Positions 1 to 9,358 of a DNA stretch of 32,000 bases are shown piece by piece (position 1 is the first letter of the stretch; each line of letters starts with the position of its first letter). Below the pieces are notes generated by a model. That model was not told where the DNA came from. It worked only from the letters and a program-made list of their open reading frames with translations, and did not search any database. Both the position numbers and the translations under genes were made by a program. Source of the DNA: an uncultured Chloroflexota bacterium (GTDB taxonomy: Bacteria > Chloroflexota > UBA4733); the NCBI GenBank assembly GCA_937967325.1, contig CALBSQ010000213.1:18634-50633 (forward strand). Reading direction: 5' to 3'.

Positions 1-533
1 CCCCCGACGGACACAAAGGTGTGGCCGATCTCGCCGGCCGCGGAATGAGCGCCGCGGTAGATCTGGCCGTCGACGACCAGGCCGCCACCGAGCCCGGTGC
101 CGACGAAGAATGTCACGACCCTCGCACGGCCTTTGCCCGCGCCGAGTCGGTGTTCGGCCAGGGTCGCCACGCGGACGTCGTTGTCCACAACTACCGGAAT
201 GCCCAACGAATCCTGAAGCAAGTCCCTCACGGGAACATCCCGCCAGCCGAGATTCGGCGCGGTCTTCACGATGCCCGTGTCCGGATCGACCGGCCCCGGA
301 ACGCCGATGCCCACGGCCCGTACCGCGCTAAGCTCGAGGTCCGCGGCCCTGACCGCCGTGCGGGCGGCGGTCGCGACATCAGCCAACAACGCCTTGGCGT
401 CGTCGCGCTGTCGCGTGGAAACCTTGCTCTGGCCCCTGATGCTGCCGTCCCGGGTTACCACGCCGGCGAGCGCCTTCGTGCCGCCCAGGTCAATGCCGAT
501 GACGATATCCTCGCCGTGAGCTAACTCCGCCAT
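1..533 (-). CDS. ROK-family sugar kinase (glucokinase-like), partial; the 3' end runs off the window
   Basis: Absent from the ORF track because it has no in-window stop. My reverse-strand translation from ATG 533-531 reads MAELAHGEDIVIGIDLGGTKALAGVV...GIGVPGPVDPDTGIVKTAPNLGWRDVPV...VVVDNDVRVATLAEHRLGAG...FFVGTGLGGGLVVDGQIYRGAHSAAGEIGH. This shows the DxGGT phosphate motif and the ROK signature region. The + ORF 21..524 is its antisense shadow. Confidence 0.8.
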   Translation of the reverse strand, partial: MAELAHGEDIVIGIDLGGTKALAGVVTRDGSIRGQSKVSTRQRDDAKALLADVATAARTAVRAADLELSAVRAVGIGVPGPVDPDTGIVKTAPNLGWRDVPVRDLLQDSLGIPVVVDNDVRVATLAEHRLGAGKGRARVVTFFVGTGLGGGLVVDGQIYRGAHSAAGEIGHTFVSVG

Positions 534-863
534 CCCGTTTCCCCATTCCGCGTGCCTGGCCTGCACCAGGAGTCTCTCATGTCGATGTTGTCGAAGTGTA
601 AACCAGCCATCCTATTCTGGCGAAGCGCGTGTCCGCGGCGGACGATGACGGCGTCATCTCGAAAACAACCCGCCGGCTGTCCGCGCGCTCCATGTTTCTA
701 GTCGTAGATCATGGCGGATAACGAGCGCTCGGGAAAGGCTTGAACGTCTGGCGGCGCCAGGCGCCGTGTGTGGCCTATTCGGGGCACACGGCCATGCCGG
801 TAATCGACGTATGCCCATACTGGAGCGGGCAGTTTCTTAGCATGAGGGGAGGCCGGTGCATCT

Positions 864-3524
864 ATGCGATCTCGGACAGGTTTGCTGAGGCGATGGCTCG
901 TTGCCCAGTCGGTACGTTCCAGGAGGATGGTGCTCGCGGTGCTCAGCGTCGCGCTGGCGCTGCAAGGCAACCTGCTGATCGCCGCACCCGCGCACGCGGC
1001 CGGGGATGGCGCCATTACCTCAGTCGGTGTGGTGGACGTGCGGACCCTACCGGCCGGGACCCCCGGCGGGACGGCGGGCGCCGACTCCGATACCTTTAGT
1101 CCCGCGCCGACCATTCCCCAGCCACCCATCGGGCCACCATCCGTCCCGGTCAGTACCGGCGAGGTGACGCCTCCGCCGAGTAACCCAACCATCGGAGCGC
1201 CTACTCGGCCCGGCTTTGCTCCTTCGTCCGCTGTCCTGGAGCAGCTCACGGAGTTTACCGGCGTCCAGCAGGATGGTAAAGTGCCGTCCGACGTGCAGAT
1301 GGCAGCCGGACCATCACACGTGGTGGAGATGGTCAACATCACCGGCCTTATCACCGACAAGTCCGGTACCTCCCTCAAGACGTTTGATCTAGGCCAATTC
1401 TACGGTGTGACCAAGGGACAGGGGACCGACCCGCGGGTGTATTACGATGCCGAAAGCAGTCGGTTCTTCTCGGCGTATGAACTGCTGAGTGCTGGCGGAG
1501 ACGAGATTCGTATCGCGGTCAGCTCAACGACTGATCCCCTCAATGGTTCCTGGACATTGTACTCTGTCGAAAGCAACACTTCCGGCACGTTCTACGACCA
1601 ACCAAAGCTCGGTTTCAACAGCGACAAAGTGACAGTGAGCTGGAACGACTACAATCCGAACCTTGCCGGGAAGAATTTCAAAGGGGTCGAGACCGTCGTG
1701 ATCCAAAAGGCCGGCGTCCTGGCAGCCAACAACTCCGTGCCCGCCACGTTCTTCGGAGCCGACACCAACCATTTCCAGGTTGTTCCCGTCGTGTCACTGT
1801 CACCGACCACGACACAGTTCATGGTGGAGCACAACAGCGACCGGCTCAAGGTTTTTGCCATCACGGGTGTGCCGGGCATCAGCACCGTCAATAGCCCCAG
1901 TCCCACGGACGTGTCCATCGGCTCGGTCACCGGCCCACCGGCCGCCGCCCAACCTACTGGTGGAGACGCCACCATCACGACCAATGACGCCCGCATGCTT
2001 TCGGCCGTGTGGCAGAATGGTCACCTTTGGAGCTCCTTCAACGATCAGTGTACGCCGCCGGGGGACAGCACCACGCGCGCCTGCCTGCGCTTCAACCAGA
2101 TCTCGACGGCGGGCAGCCCCAGCCTGACGACCAACTTTGATCTGGGCTTCAAGGGTGGCGACATCTACTTTGCCGCCGTCTCACTCGACAGCGACGGCGA
2201 CCTGTTCGCCGGCTTCACCGCGTCATCCACGTCCCTGGACCCCACGGCCGTGGCCATCGGCGAACCCGGCGGCAACTTCCCCGCCGTGACCATCGGCGCC
2301 TTCTACGCCTCGGGCACGACCGCCTATAGCGGCGGACGCTGGGGTGACTACACGGCGGCGGCGCTGGACCCGAGCAACCCGACTGACGTCTGGGTGGCGC
2401 AACAGCTCGGTGGCCTGAATCTGGGGCCCGGCTGCACGCAGTGCTGGAGCACGGCCATCGGCCGCTTCACGTTGACGGGGCCGACGGTCAGTGGCATCAA
2501 CCCGACGACCGGCCCGGCGCTGTCAACCTGCAATCCATCGGTGACGGTCACCGGAACTGACTTTGTGTCAGGCGGCACGAGCGTCAACTTCGGCACAGTG
2601 TCGGCGGCTGGGGTTACCGTCAACACGCCAAACCAGTTGACGGCGCTCGCTCCCACGAACCAGCCAGCCGGGACCGTCCATGTGACGGCAATAACAGGTG
2701 ACGGCACGAGCGCAACTTCGAGCGCCGACCAGTTCACGTACGCCTTGAACACCATACCGCCCACCACGACCGCGGCGCTCAGCCCGATCGCCAATGGCGC
2801 CGGCTGGAACAACACCAACGTGCAGGTGACGCTTACAGCGGTCGACAAGTCGTGCGGCTCGGGGGTGAAGAGCATCACCTATTCGGCCACCGGGGATCAG
2901 ACGATTCCCAGCACGACCGTAGCCGGAGCGACGGCCTCGTTCATGCTCAGCAACGAGGGTGTCACCACGGTCAGCTTCTTCTCCACCGACAACGCCAATG
3001 ATGTGGAGGCGACGAAGACGCAGACCGTCCGCATCGACAAGACGCTGCCGATCGTGACCTACACCGGCAATGCCGGCACGTACACGGTTGACCAGACGGT
3101 CAGCATCACCTGCGCGGCGAGCGATCCGGTCGACGCCGACGGCGCGGCCGCGTCCGGCCTGGCCTCGACCACCTGCCAGAATATCGTCGGTCCGGCCTAC
3201 TCCTTCACCTTGGGGTCCAACTCGTTCTCCGCGACGGCCACCGATGTGGCGGGTAACGTCGGGAGCGGCTCGACCAGCTTCGTGGTGAAGGTTACATTCG
3301 ATAGCCTCTGCACCCTGACCAGGCGGTTCGATACCAATGTGGCCAATGGGAATGGACTGTGCGCCAACCTTCAGGCGGCGCAGCTCTATCAGCAGCAGGG
3401 GAACGCCCACGGGAAAGCCGCGCAGATCTCAGCCTACCAGCGCGCCTTGACGGGCGCGGTGCGCAGCGGCTATCTGACCAATGCGCAGGCGACCATACTC
3501 GGATCGCTGGCCGCTTCATTGTAG
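864..3524 (+). CDS. Secreted multi-domain protein: signal peptide, Pro-rich linker, propeller-like N-domain, IPT/TIG domain, Ig-like domains, helical C-terminal domain
   Basis: 886-aa ORF. The N-terminus MRSRTGLLRRW...LALQGNLLIAAPAHAAGDG looks like a signal peptide. The segment GPTVSGINPTTGP...VTVTGTDFVSGGTSVNFG...VHVTAITGDGTS matches the IPT/TIG pattern. The following segments (NGAGWNNTNVQVTLTAVDKSCGSGVKSITY..., ATATDVAGNVGSGSTSF) look like bacterial Ig-like/HYR-like modules. The GRWGDYTAAALDP motif is typical of sialidase-like propellers. Function is unknown. Confidence 0.75.
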   Translation: MRSRTGLLRRWLVAQSVRSRRMVLAVLSVALALQGNLLIAAPAHAAGDGAITSVGVVDVRTLPAGTPGGTAGADSDTFSPAPTIPQPPIGPPSVPVSTGEVTPPPSNPTIGAPTRPGFAPSSAVLEQLTEFTGVQQDGKVPSDVQMAAGPSHVVEMVNITGLITDKSGTSLKTFDLGQFYGVTKGQGTDPRVYYDAESSRFFSAYELLSAGGDEIRIAVSSTTDPLNGSWTLYSVESNTSGTFYDQPKLGFNSDKVTVSWNDYNPNLAGKNFKGVETVVIQKAGVLAANNSVPATFFGADTNHFQVVPVVSLSPTTTQFMVEHNSDRLKVFAITGVPGISTVNSPSPTDVSIGSVTGPPAAAQPTGGDATITTNDARMLSAVWQNGHLWSSFNDQCTPPGDSTTRACLRFNQISTAGSPSLTTNFDLGFKGGDIYFAAVSLDSDGDLFAGFTASSTSLDPTAVAIGEPGGNFPAVTIGAFYASGTTAYSGGRWGDYTAAALDPSNPTDVWVAQQLGGLNLGPGCTQCWSTAIGRFTLTGPTVSGINPTTGPALSTCNPSVTVTGTDFVSGGTSVNFGTVSAAGVTVNTPNQLTALAPTNQPAGTVHVTAITGDGTSATSSADQFTYALNTIPPTTTAALSPIANGAGWNNTNVQVTLTAVDKSCGSGVKSITYSATGDQTIPSTTVAGATASFMLSNEGVTTVSFFSTDNANDVEATKTQTVRIDKTLPIVTYTGNAGTYTVDQTVSITCAASDPVDADGAAASGLASTTCQNIVGPAYSFTLGSNSFSATATDVAGNVGSGSTSFVVKVTFDSLCTLTRRFDTNVANGNGLCANLQAAQLYQQQGNAHGKAAQISAYQRALTGAVRSGYLTNAQATILGSLAASL

Positions 3525-3544
3525 CGCGGCGCTCGACCGCAAAG

Positions 3545-3588
3545 CGGCTCGTGGACGGGCTGGCCTCGTGCCTGTCCCTCCACGAGCC
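3545..3588. terminator. Stem-loop between convergent genes (candidate bidirectional terminator)
   Basis: GGCTCGTGGA (3545-3554) and TCCACGAGCC (3579-3588) form a perfect 10-bp inverted repeat with a 24-nt loop. It lies between the stop of the 864..3524 gene and the stop of the 3624..4577 gene. There is no clear U-tract. Confidence 0.3.
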
Positions 3589-3623
3589 GCGGTCCTTGTG
3601 GCAGACAGTTCCGGCCGATCTCG

Positions 3624-4577
3624 TCACGAGATTCCGCTGTCGCTGACAGCAAGCTGCCAGCCGTTTGGATCGGCGACGGCCGCGCGAACGATTCCTTCGC
3701 GCAGACCATTGGTGCTCACCCTCCAGGCAGCGGCAGTGGACCAGTCGATCAGTCGCCGGATTACCAGACAGCCGGCATACACGATGCGCGCTCGCTGGTG
3801 ATCCATGCCGTGACGCAACGACAGCGTGGCGCTGGATTGGCCCCTCAGTATCGACTCCGCCGCGGCGAGGCAACCGGGCGTCAGCTCGGCTGGGGAACAG
3901 CCGCCCAGGCCGGCATACACTATTGTGGTTGCCGTGCCGCCGGTGATGACGGGCAGCCAACAGCCGATGCCGGGCGGTGGGGGGAGCATGTCGATTGCCC
4001 CCTCAATCGCTCGGATCGCCTGTGCTTCCTGGGTCGGTGTGGCCGGATCGTCGAGCAGGAAAGTACCGGTGAGGCTGCTGGCGCCTACTGGTAGGGACCG
4101 CTGCCAGGTTACACGCCCCGCCTCGACAGCGGCGACTTGGGTGCTGGCGCCGCCAGAGTCCGCGAACAGGCCGGCTGGCGGCAACTGCCCGCCGTAGGCG
4201 CCGAGCAGGGCCAAACGCGTCTCCTGCTCCGGCGAGATAATGACAACGGGCTGGTTCAGGGCAGCCTGGAGCCGGCGTATCATCGCGACGCCGTTCGATG
4301 CCTGCCGGACTGCCTGCGTGGCAACAATCAGGAGCGTCGCAGCGCCCAACTGGAGCGCTGCCGCTTGGTAGCGCCGCAGCGCGGCCAGCACGTCGGCCTC
4401 AGCATCCGGAGGGATGCTGCCGGTGGCCGCGGCGCGGGCTCCCAGGAGCGGGCGCACGCTCTCGTCCAGCAGCGCCTGCAGGGCGCCATCCGGTCCGAGT
4501 CGCGCCACCAGCAGGTGGACGGTAGAGCTGCCGATGTCGGCCACGGCGACGATGGTGTCAGCCATAGGGTACGTCAC
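3624..4577 (-). CDS. Ppx/GppA-family phosphatase (exopolyphosphatase-like)
   Basis: 317-aa [20 protein letters not shown] is an ASKHA phosphate-1 motif, followed by [15 protein letters not shown] and [10 protein letters not shown], which are typical of Ppx/GppA. The start is ambiguous between GTG 4577 and ATG 4565. Confidence 0.8.
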   Translation of the reverse strand: MTYPMADTIVAVADIGSSTVHLLVARLGPDGALQALLDESVRPLLGARAAATGSIPPDAEADVLAALRRYQAAALQLGAATLLIVATQAVRQASNGVAMIRRLQAALNQPVVIISPEQETRLALLGAYGGQLPPAGLFADSGGASTQVAAVEAGRVTWQRSLPVGASSLTGTFLLDDPATPTQEAQAIRAIEGAIDMLPPPPGIGCWLPVITGGTATTIVYAGLGGCSPAELTPGCLAAAESILRGQSSATLSLRHGMDHQRARIVYAGCLVIRRLIDWSTAAAWRVSTNGLREGIVRAAVADPNGWQLAVSDSGIS

Positions 4578-4712
4578 GCTCCCTTTGTGCCGGCAAGTCG
4601 ATCCCGGTGGTTACCGCGGTGTTAAATAGCGCTTGCTTCTCCTTGACACTGATCCGCGCCGCGCCATATAGTAAAGGAAGAAGTTCAGAGAAAGCTAGGA
4701 GGCGACGCACCA

Positions 4713-5210
4713 GTGCACACCCGTGTACTAGTGTTGAACGCCTCGTACGAACCTCTCAGTGTAGTTCCGGTACGTCGGGCCGTTTCCCTGCTGCTGCGGA
4801 ACAAGGCGGAGATCGTCGAGGCGGCCGAGCGCGCGCTGCGCTCGATGCACTTGTCCATCGATTGGCCGTTGGTCATTCGATTGGTCTACTACGTCCGCAT
4901 CGGCACGCTGACGCGTCCGGCGCCGTTCACCCGGCGCGGCGTCATCATGCGCGACCGTATCTGCCAGTACTGCGGCGGGACGAACGATCTGACCATCGAT
5001 CACGTCAAGCCGTTGTCTCGTGGCGGCGCCTCCGACTGGACGAACTGCGTGGCGGCCTGCGGCCCCTGCAACCGCCGCAAGGGCAACCGGATGCCGGATG
5101 AGGCGAAAATGCCGCTGCGCCACCAGCCCTATCAGCCGCGCTATCTGGCCTTCGCGCTCGTATCGGCCAACCCGGCCGAGGAGGCCTGGCGCAAGTACCT
5201 GGCGAGCTGA
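4713..5210 (+). CDS. HNH endonuclease family protein
   Basis: GTG start preceded by AGGAGG (4697-4702). The CQYCGG...[13 protein letters not shown]...[15 protein letters not shown] block is a classic HNH/CxxC zinc-finger nuclease motif. The gene ends in TGA. Confidence 0.85.
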   Translation: MHTRVLVLNASYEPLSVVPVRRAVSLLLRNKAEIVEAAERALRSMHLSIDWPLVIRLVYYVRIGTLTRPAPFTRRGVIMRDRICQYCGGTNDLTIDHVKPLSRGGASDWTNCVAACGPCNRRKGNRMPDEAKMPLRHQPYQPRYLAFALVSANPAEEAWRKYLAS

Positions 5211-5301
5211 CCTAAGTGGCCGGGCCTAGCATTGGCCAACCGTCGTCTCTCCGCGAGAGGGATCGGGCAACGCCGCGAATGTGCGCGATACAAATCGTCC
5301 G

Positions 5302-5490
5302 TCAGGCGAGCGCGCCCTCAGCCATGGCGTCGTCGATGGCCTGGTCAAGGTCCATCACCTGGCCGGCCGCGTGGGCGGCCGAATAGGCGTCGTCGCCCAG
5401 GGCCTCCCGGACGACCGCCGGCACCCGATCTGGCGCCCGAATTGAGGCGCCGGTCTGGCTGTAGATCAGCTCCGCCGTGCCGAGGAAGCG
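5302..5490 (-). pseudogene. 3'-terminal remnant of a TPR-type (large ATPase/LuxR/SARP-like) regulator
   Basis: The C-terminal ~60 aa of ORF 5302..5553 (LGTAELIYSQTG...ALGDDAYSAAHAAGQVMDLDQAIDDAMAEGALA) are homologous to the C-terminus of ORF 6714..7397 (LGTAHALLASTD...IGEVAFAPAWAAGQTLTVEQAVAEALEGA). No upstream domains are present. Confidence 0.4.
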
Positions 5491-5848
5491 CGGCTTGCTG
5501 GTACTGACCTCGCGCGGCGGCAACAACAACGGCGACGGCGGTGGCATCTTCAACTTCTTCTATATGGCGACCCTGGGCAACACCCTCCTGGCCGGGAACA
5601 CGGCGGGCAGTGTGCAGGCCAGCGGGGCGAGCGCGGTCGCGATCTGCGGCAGCACGCTGCCCGAGCTGGACGTGCGCGGGACCACGGGCTCCCTACTGGT
5701 CGGCAGCGCCGGGGACGACGCGGCCACGCCCTGCGCGGCCAACACCATCAATGGGACAGTCCTATTGGACGGCAATCAGGGTGGGCTGGAGCTGGGCGGC
5801 AACCAGATCGGCGGCAGCGCCCCTACAGGCGGGCGCCGTAGACAATGA
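5477..5848 (+). pseudogene. Fragment of a parallel beta-helix repeat protein
   Basis: NGDGGGIFNFFYMATLGNTLLAGNTAGS and INGTVLLDGNQGGLELGGNQIGG resemble GGxIxN...GNxA beta-helix repeats. The piece is only 123 aa, has no signal peptide, and overlaps the neighbouring remnant. Weak call. Confidence 0.3.
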
Positions 5849-5950
5849 CAATTCGCCTGGCAAACGGCCCGCTAGAGCGACGCGTGCTTGGCCTTATGGC
5901 ATACTGTGCTGACCGCGGGCCGATCCGCGCGGACCGAAGGAGGAGACAGC

Positions 5951-6523
5951 GTGGCGACCGAGCTAGCGGAGACGGTGGCCGGGAAACCCTACTGTTTCAC
6001 CGTCGACGACTATATGCGCATGAGTGAGGCGGGCATCTTTCAAGAAGACGACCCCGTTGAGCTGATTGAAGGGGAGATCCTCCAGATGGCGGCGGTCGGT
6101 GGCGATCACATTGGTTGTGTCAATACCCTGACCGCCCTCCTCGTGCATGGGGTCTACGGTATGGCGACGGTCAGCGTGCAGAATCCCGTCCGCCTTTCCA
6201 ATCACAGCGAGCCGGAGCCGGACGTTGCCTTGCTGCGACCCGATTTGCCAAGAAATGCCAAACCGGGGCCGACCGATGTGCTCCTGCTGATCGAGGTGGC
6301 CGACTCCTCACGCCTCTATGATCGCAGCCGAAAGATTCCGCTGTATGCCCGTTCCGGCATTATCGAAACCTGGCTGGTGGACCTGGTCGCCGGAACCATC
6401 GAGCAGAACACCGAGCCGAGCGCGGAGGGCTATGGCCAGACCACATTGCATCGCCGGGGGGATATCATCACGCCGGCAGCACTGCCGTTCTTGAGCCTTG
6501 ATGTCGGTGAGGTGCTCGGCTAA
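5951..6523 (+). CDS. Uma2-family (DUF820) putative endonuclease
   Basis: FTVDDYMRMSEAGIF...VELIEGEI...EPEPDVAL...LLIEVADSS...DRSRKIPLYARSGIIETWLVDL is the Uma2/PD-(D/E)xK pattern. I place the start at GTG 5951, in frame with track ORF 5888..6523, because GGAGGAG lies at 5938-5944. Confidence 0.8.
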   Translation: MATELAETVAGKPYCFTVDDYMRMSEAGIFQEDDPVELIEGEILQMAAVGGDHIGCVNTLTALLVHGVYGMATVSVQNPVRLSNHSEPEPDVALLRPDLPRNAKPGPTDVLLLIEVADSSRLYDRSRKIPLYARSGIIETWLVDLVAGTIEQNTEPSAEGYGQTTLHRRGDIITPAALPFLSLDVGEVLG

Positions 6524-6713
6524 GCGCGGAGCGACCGCGCGTGGCGCTGGCCGCGTCGGCGTGGGCGCGATTGCGAGCGCGGTTACCCGCTCCAGCGCCG
6601 CACACCGAGACGTGGACGAGGCGTTCTGCGTCCTACCAAGCCGGGGGAGATTCCTGGTCGGCGAGCCGACGATCGTCGCTCCGACCGGGCCCTTCCTCCT
6701 GATTCTGTGCCGG

Positions 6714-7397
6714 CTACGCCCCCTCCAGCGCTTCGGCGACAGCTTGCTCCACTGTCAGCGTCTGGCCCGCCGCCCAGGCAGGGGCGAACGCGACCTCACC
6801 GATGCGCTCCCGCGCCATCTGGAGGGTTTCCGCGCGATCGGAAAGGCCGAGCCAACTGTCGACGAGCGACGAGTCGGTGCTGGCGAGCAAGGCGTGCGCC
6901 GTTCCGAGCAGGCGCAGCGCGCGTTCGGGCTGCTCGCGCGCCGCGCTGATCGAGGCGAGCAACTCCAGGGAGGCGACGACACCCTCGCGGGAACCGTTGT
7001 CGCGGTGGATGGTCAGACTTTGCGCCGCGAGCGTCGTCGATCGCGACAGGTCGCCCTGGCGATAGGCAACCTGTCCCAGCAGGGTGATGCCATAACCCCC
7101 AACGCGCCTGAGACCCATACGCGTCCTCAGCGCGAGACCCTGCTCGAGCCAAGTCGCGGCCGCCGTCAGCTCGCCGCGCTGCAAGGCCACCGCTCCCAGA
7201 CCAACCTGCATCCCATAGAGGTGAATCGGCGAGTCCAGCTCGAGCGCGAGCTCGAGCCCTTCCTCGAACAGCGCCTGGGACCGCTCAAGCTGGCCCTCCA
7301 GCCGAGTGGACTGGCCGAGCTCCATCAGCACCTCCAGCATGAGAAAGCGCTCGCCGACCTGGCGCAGGATCGCCGGCCCCTGCTCCAGCAGTGTCAT
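6714..7397 (-). pseudogene. C-terminal TPR domain remnant of a large regulator (N-terminal ATPase/DNA-binding parts missing)
   Basis: The 227-aa ORF consists of TPR-like helical repeats only (LGQSTRLEGQLERSQALFEEGLELALE..., LLGQVAYRQGDLSRSTTLAAQSL...). An in-frame TGA lies 6 codons upstream of the ATG. On my recollection, full-length relatives are several-fold longer. Confidence 0.55.
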
Positions 7398-7419
7398 CGC
7401 CCGCGCGCGGTCTCACCTG

Positions 7420-8055
7420 GACCGGGCCGCCACGCCAACCATCATAAATCAGCACTCCAACGAAGCGAACGGCTGCGCGCCCGCCGGCCTCGCCGGTAGC
7501 GGGAACAACCTGTTCACCGGCGTGAAGACGCCGGGGGCCTGCAACAACGACATCCTGGTGAGTGTTTCTGGGGACGGAGGCAGCAGCTTCACGGGGACGA
7601 CGACCGACCCGCGGCAGCTCACGACCGTCACCCAGGCGCCCGGCCAGGCGACCACCGACCAGTTCTGGCAGTGGAGCGCCTTCACCAACGATGCCCGGCT
7701 GGTCGTGTCCTATTTCGACCGGCAGTATGGCAAGGATGATGCGACCGGCTTCTCGGACACCAGCCTGTCCAGCTCGGAGGATCTCGACCATTTCGCGGCG
7801 CAGCGAGTCACGATGGGCTCGATGCCGCCGCCGACCGAATTCGGAGGGATGTTCTTCGGCGATTACACCGGGCTAGCGGCCGTGGACGACGCCCACCCGC
7901 TGTGGATGGACACGCGGGATGCGGAGCTGTTCCTGTGTCCCGGCAGCGGCGCGCCCGGGGCACCGCCGGCGCTCTGCACGGCGTCGGCCAGCAACGCCAG
8001 CCGCGCCAACGACCAGGATATCTTTACCCAGTCCATCAATCCGCGGCAGCAGTAG
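7420..8055 (+). pseudogene. C-terminal remnant of a BNR/sialidase-like propeller protein
   Basis: Distal part of ORF 7306..8055. It has an Asp-box-like VSGDGGSSFTG and FFGDYTGLAAVDDAHPLWMDTRD (compare WGDYTAAALDP in the 864..3524 protein). There is no N-terminal domain or signal peptide, and it abuts the truncated TPR remnant on the other strand. Confidence 0.5.
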
Positions 8056-8080
8056 CGCGGCGCCGCGGACCGTCAGCGCC

Positions 8081-8111
8081 GGCCCCACTCCCGACAGGCG
8101 GGAGCGGGGCC
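8081..8111 (+). terminator. GC-rich hairpin downstream of the BNR remnant stop
   Basis: GGCCCCACTCCCG-ACAGG-CGGGAGCGGGGCC pairs at 12 of 13 positions, 26 nt after the TAG at 8053-8055. No U-tract. Confidence 0.3.
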
Positions 8112-8347
8112 GGCGCAGCCAGGATGGGATTTGCTCGACGGGCAGACGTCACGCCGCCCAGTCCAACGGTGGAGCGACCGCGCCCAAGTCACCCGATCCT
8201 GTCACGTCGAAGCTCTTTCCGCGCTTTGCCTCGCCGGCAGAAACGCCGCCGGTACGCTGCTCAGTCAGCACATCATGTGGCAAGCAGGATCGTAGACTAG
8301 GGGCACGCTCGGTCACCGGGACCGTTCGGCTGGTCGACCGGCTGAAT

Positions 8348-9358
8348 GTGGCCCGAGACGGCAGCGAGAGTCGTCGCGTGCGCGGGGAGAGTTGGGCGTC
8401 GGATGTGTCCATAGCACGCAAGGATGATCCGTTCGGTACCGCCGCCGGTGATCTCTCCGCTCCCGCTCATCTGGAGTCCGACGGCGTGCTCACCACGGCG
8501 TTCTCGGACCTCGACCTGCGCCGCTGGAAAGAACACGACGTCATCACGGGCTCGCTCTGGCTGCTGGGCGCCCGCGACAAAACGGGTCCCCACGTAGGCG
8601 ACTATTGGGGCAACTTCGTTCCCCAGATAGCTTCCCAGATCCTGAGGCGATTCACCAAAGCTGGTGAGGTCGTCGTCGATCTGTTCACTGGGATGGGCAC
8701 GACCCTGATCGAGTGCCGGCGACTTGGACGGCACGGTATAGGCGCCGAGCTCTTGCCCGACGTGGCCGAGCGCGCTCGACAACGAATTGTCGAGGCGGAG
8801 AATGCCGGTCGCGTCTCCACCGAGGTGCTGGTCGGCGATTCGCGCATGTCCGAAACCGTCTGCCTCGTCCGGGAAAGGATCGCGATGCTGGGCTTCGAGC
8901 ATGCCCACTGCGTGATCCTGCACCCGCCCTATCACGACATCATCAAGTTCAGCGACGACCCGCGCGACCTCTGCAACGCGCCCTCCATCGAGGCATTTCT
9001 CGGGGAATTTGAGAAGGTCGTCCTGAATGCCGTGGGTCTGTTGGAACCGGGGCGCTTTCTGGCGCTCGTGATCGGCGACAAGTATGCCAAGGGGGCATGG
9101 GTGCCGCTGGGTTTCCTCTGCATGGAGGTCTGCCGCACCCACGGTCTGCAACTCAAGTCCATCAACGTGAAGGACATCCAGGGCAACGAGAAGGGCAAGG
9201 GGAAGCTCGAGAATCTCTGGCGCTATCGGGCGCTTCGCCAGGGGAGCTCGGTCTTCAAGCACGAGTACGTGATGGTGTTCCGAAAGGGACCCAGGAAGTC
9301 AAGCCGCGATGCCGGCGGAGCGCCGTCGCGCGTGGTAGCGAGGAGGACCGGCGAGTGA
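8348..9358 (+). CDS. SAM-dependent methyltransferase, N4/N6 DNA-methylase-like with permuted motif order
   Basis: Motif I is VVDLFTGMGTTLIEC, motif IV-like is ILHPPYHDII, and the C-terminus carries HEYVMVFRKG, a hE.i.vf.K-type block as in N4/N6 DNA methylases. The first ~140 codons of track ORF 7919..9358 are Arg/Pro-rich and overlap the BNR remnant, so they are probably not translated. In-frame GTG candidates are at 8348, 8378 and 8405, so the start is uncertain. Confidence 0.65.
   Translation: MARDGSESRRVRGESWASDVSIARKDDPFGTAAGDLSAPAHLESDGVLTTAFSDLDLRRWKEHDVITGSLWLLGARDKTGPHVGDYWGNFVPQIASQILRRFTKAGEVVVDLFTGMGTTLIECRRLGRHGIGAELLPDVAERARQRIVEAENAGRVSTEVLVGDSRMSETVCLVRERIAMLGFEHAHCVILHPPYHDIIKFSDDPRDLCNAPSIEAFLGEFEKVVLNAVGLLEPGRFLALVIGDKYAKGAWVPLGFLCMEVCRTHGLQLKSINVKDIQGNEKGKGKLENLWRYRALRQGSSVFKHEYVMVFRKGPRKSSRDAGGAPSRVVARRTGE

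Noticed and set aside
6498-7499. 333-aa plus-strand ORF, and the 394-aa minus ORF 30243..31427, as possible genes
   Set aside because: Both are Arg/Pro/Ala-rich shadows. The first overlaps the TPR remnant. The second overlaps the beta-lactamase-like gene and tatA in the wrong frame.
7919-8347. N-terminal 143 codons of the 479-aa methyltransferase ORF
   Set aside because: This stretch is extremely Arg/Pro/Ser-rich, overlaps the BNR remnant in another frame, and adds nothing homologous. The methyltransferase domain begins well downstream, so I moved the start to the first plausible in-frame GTG.
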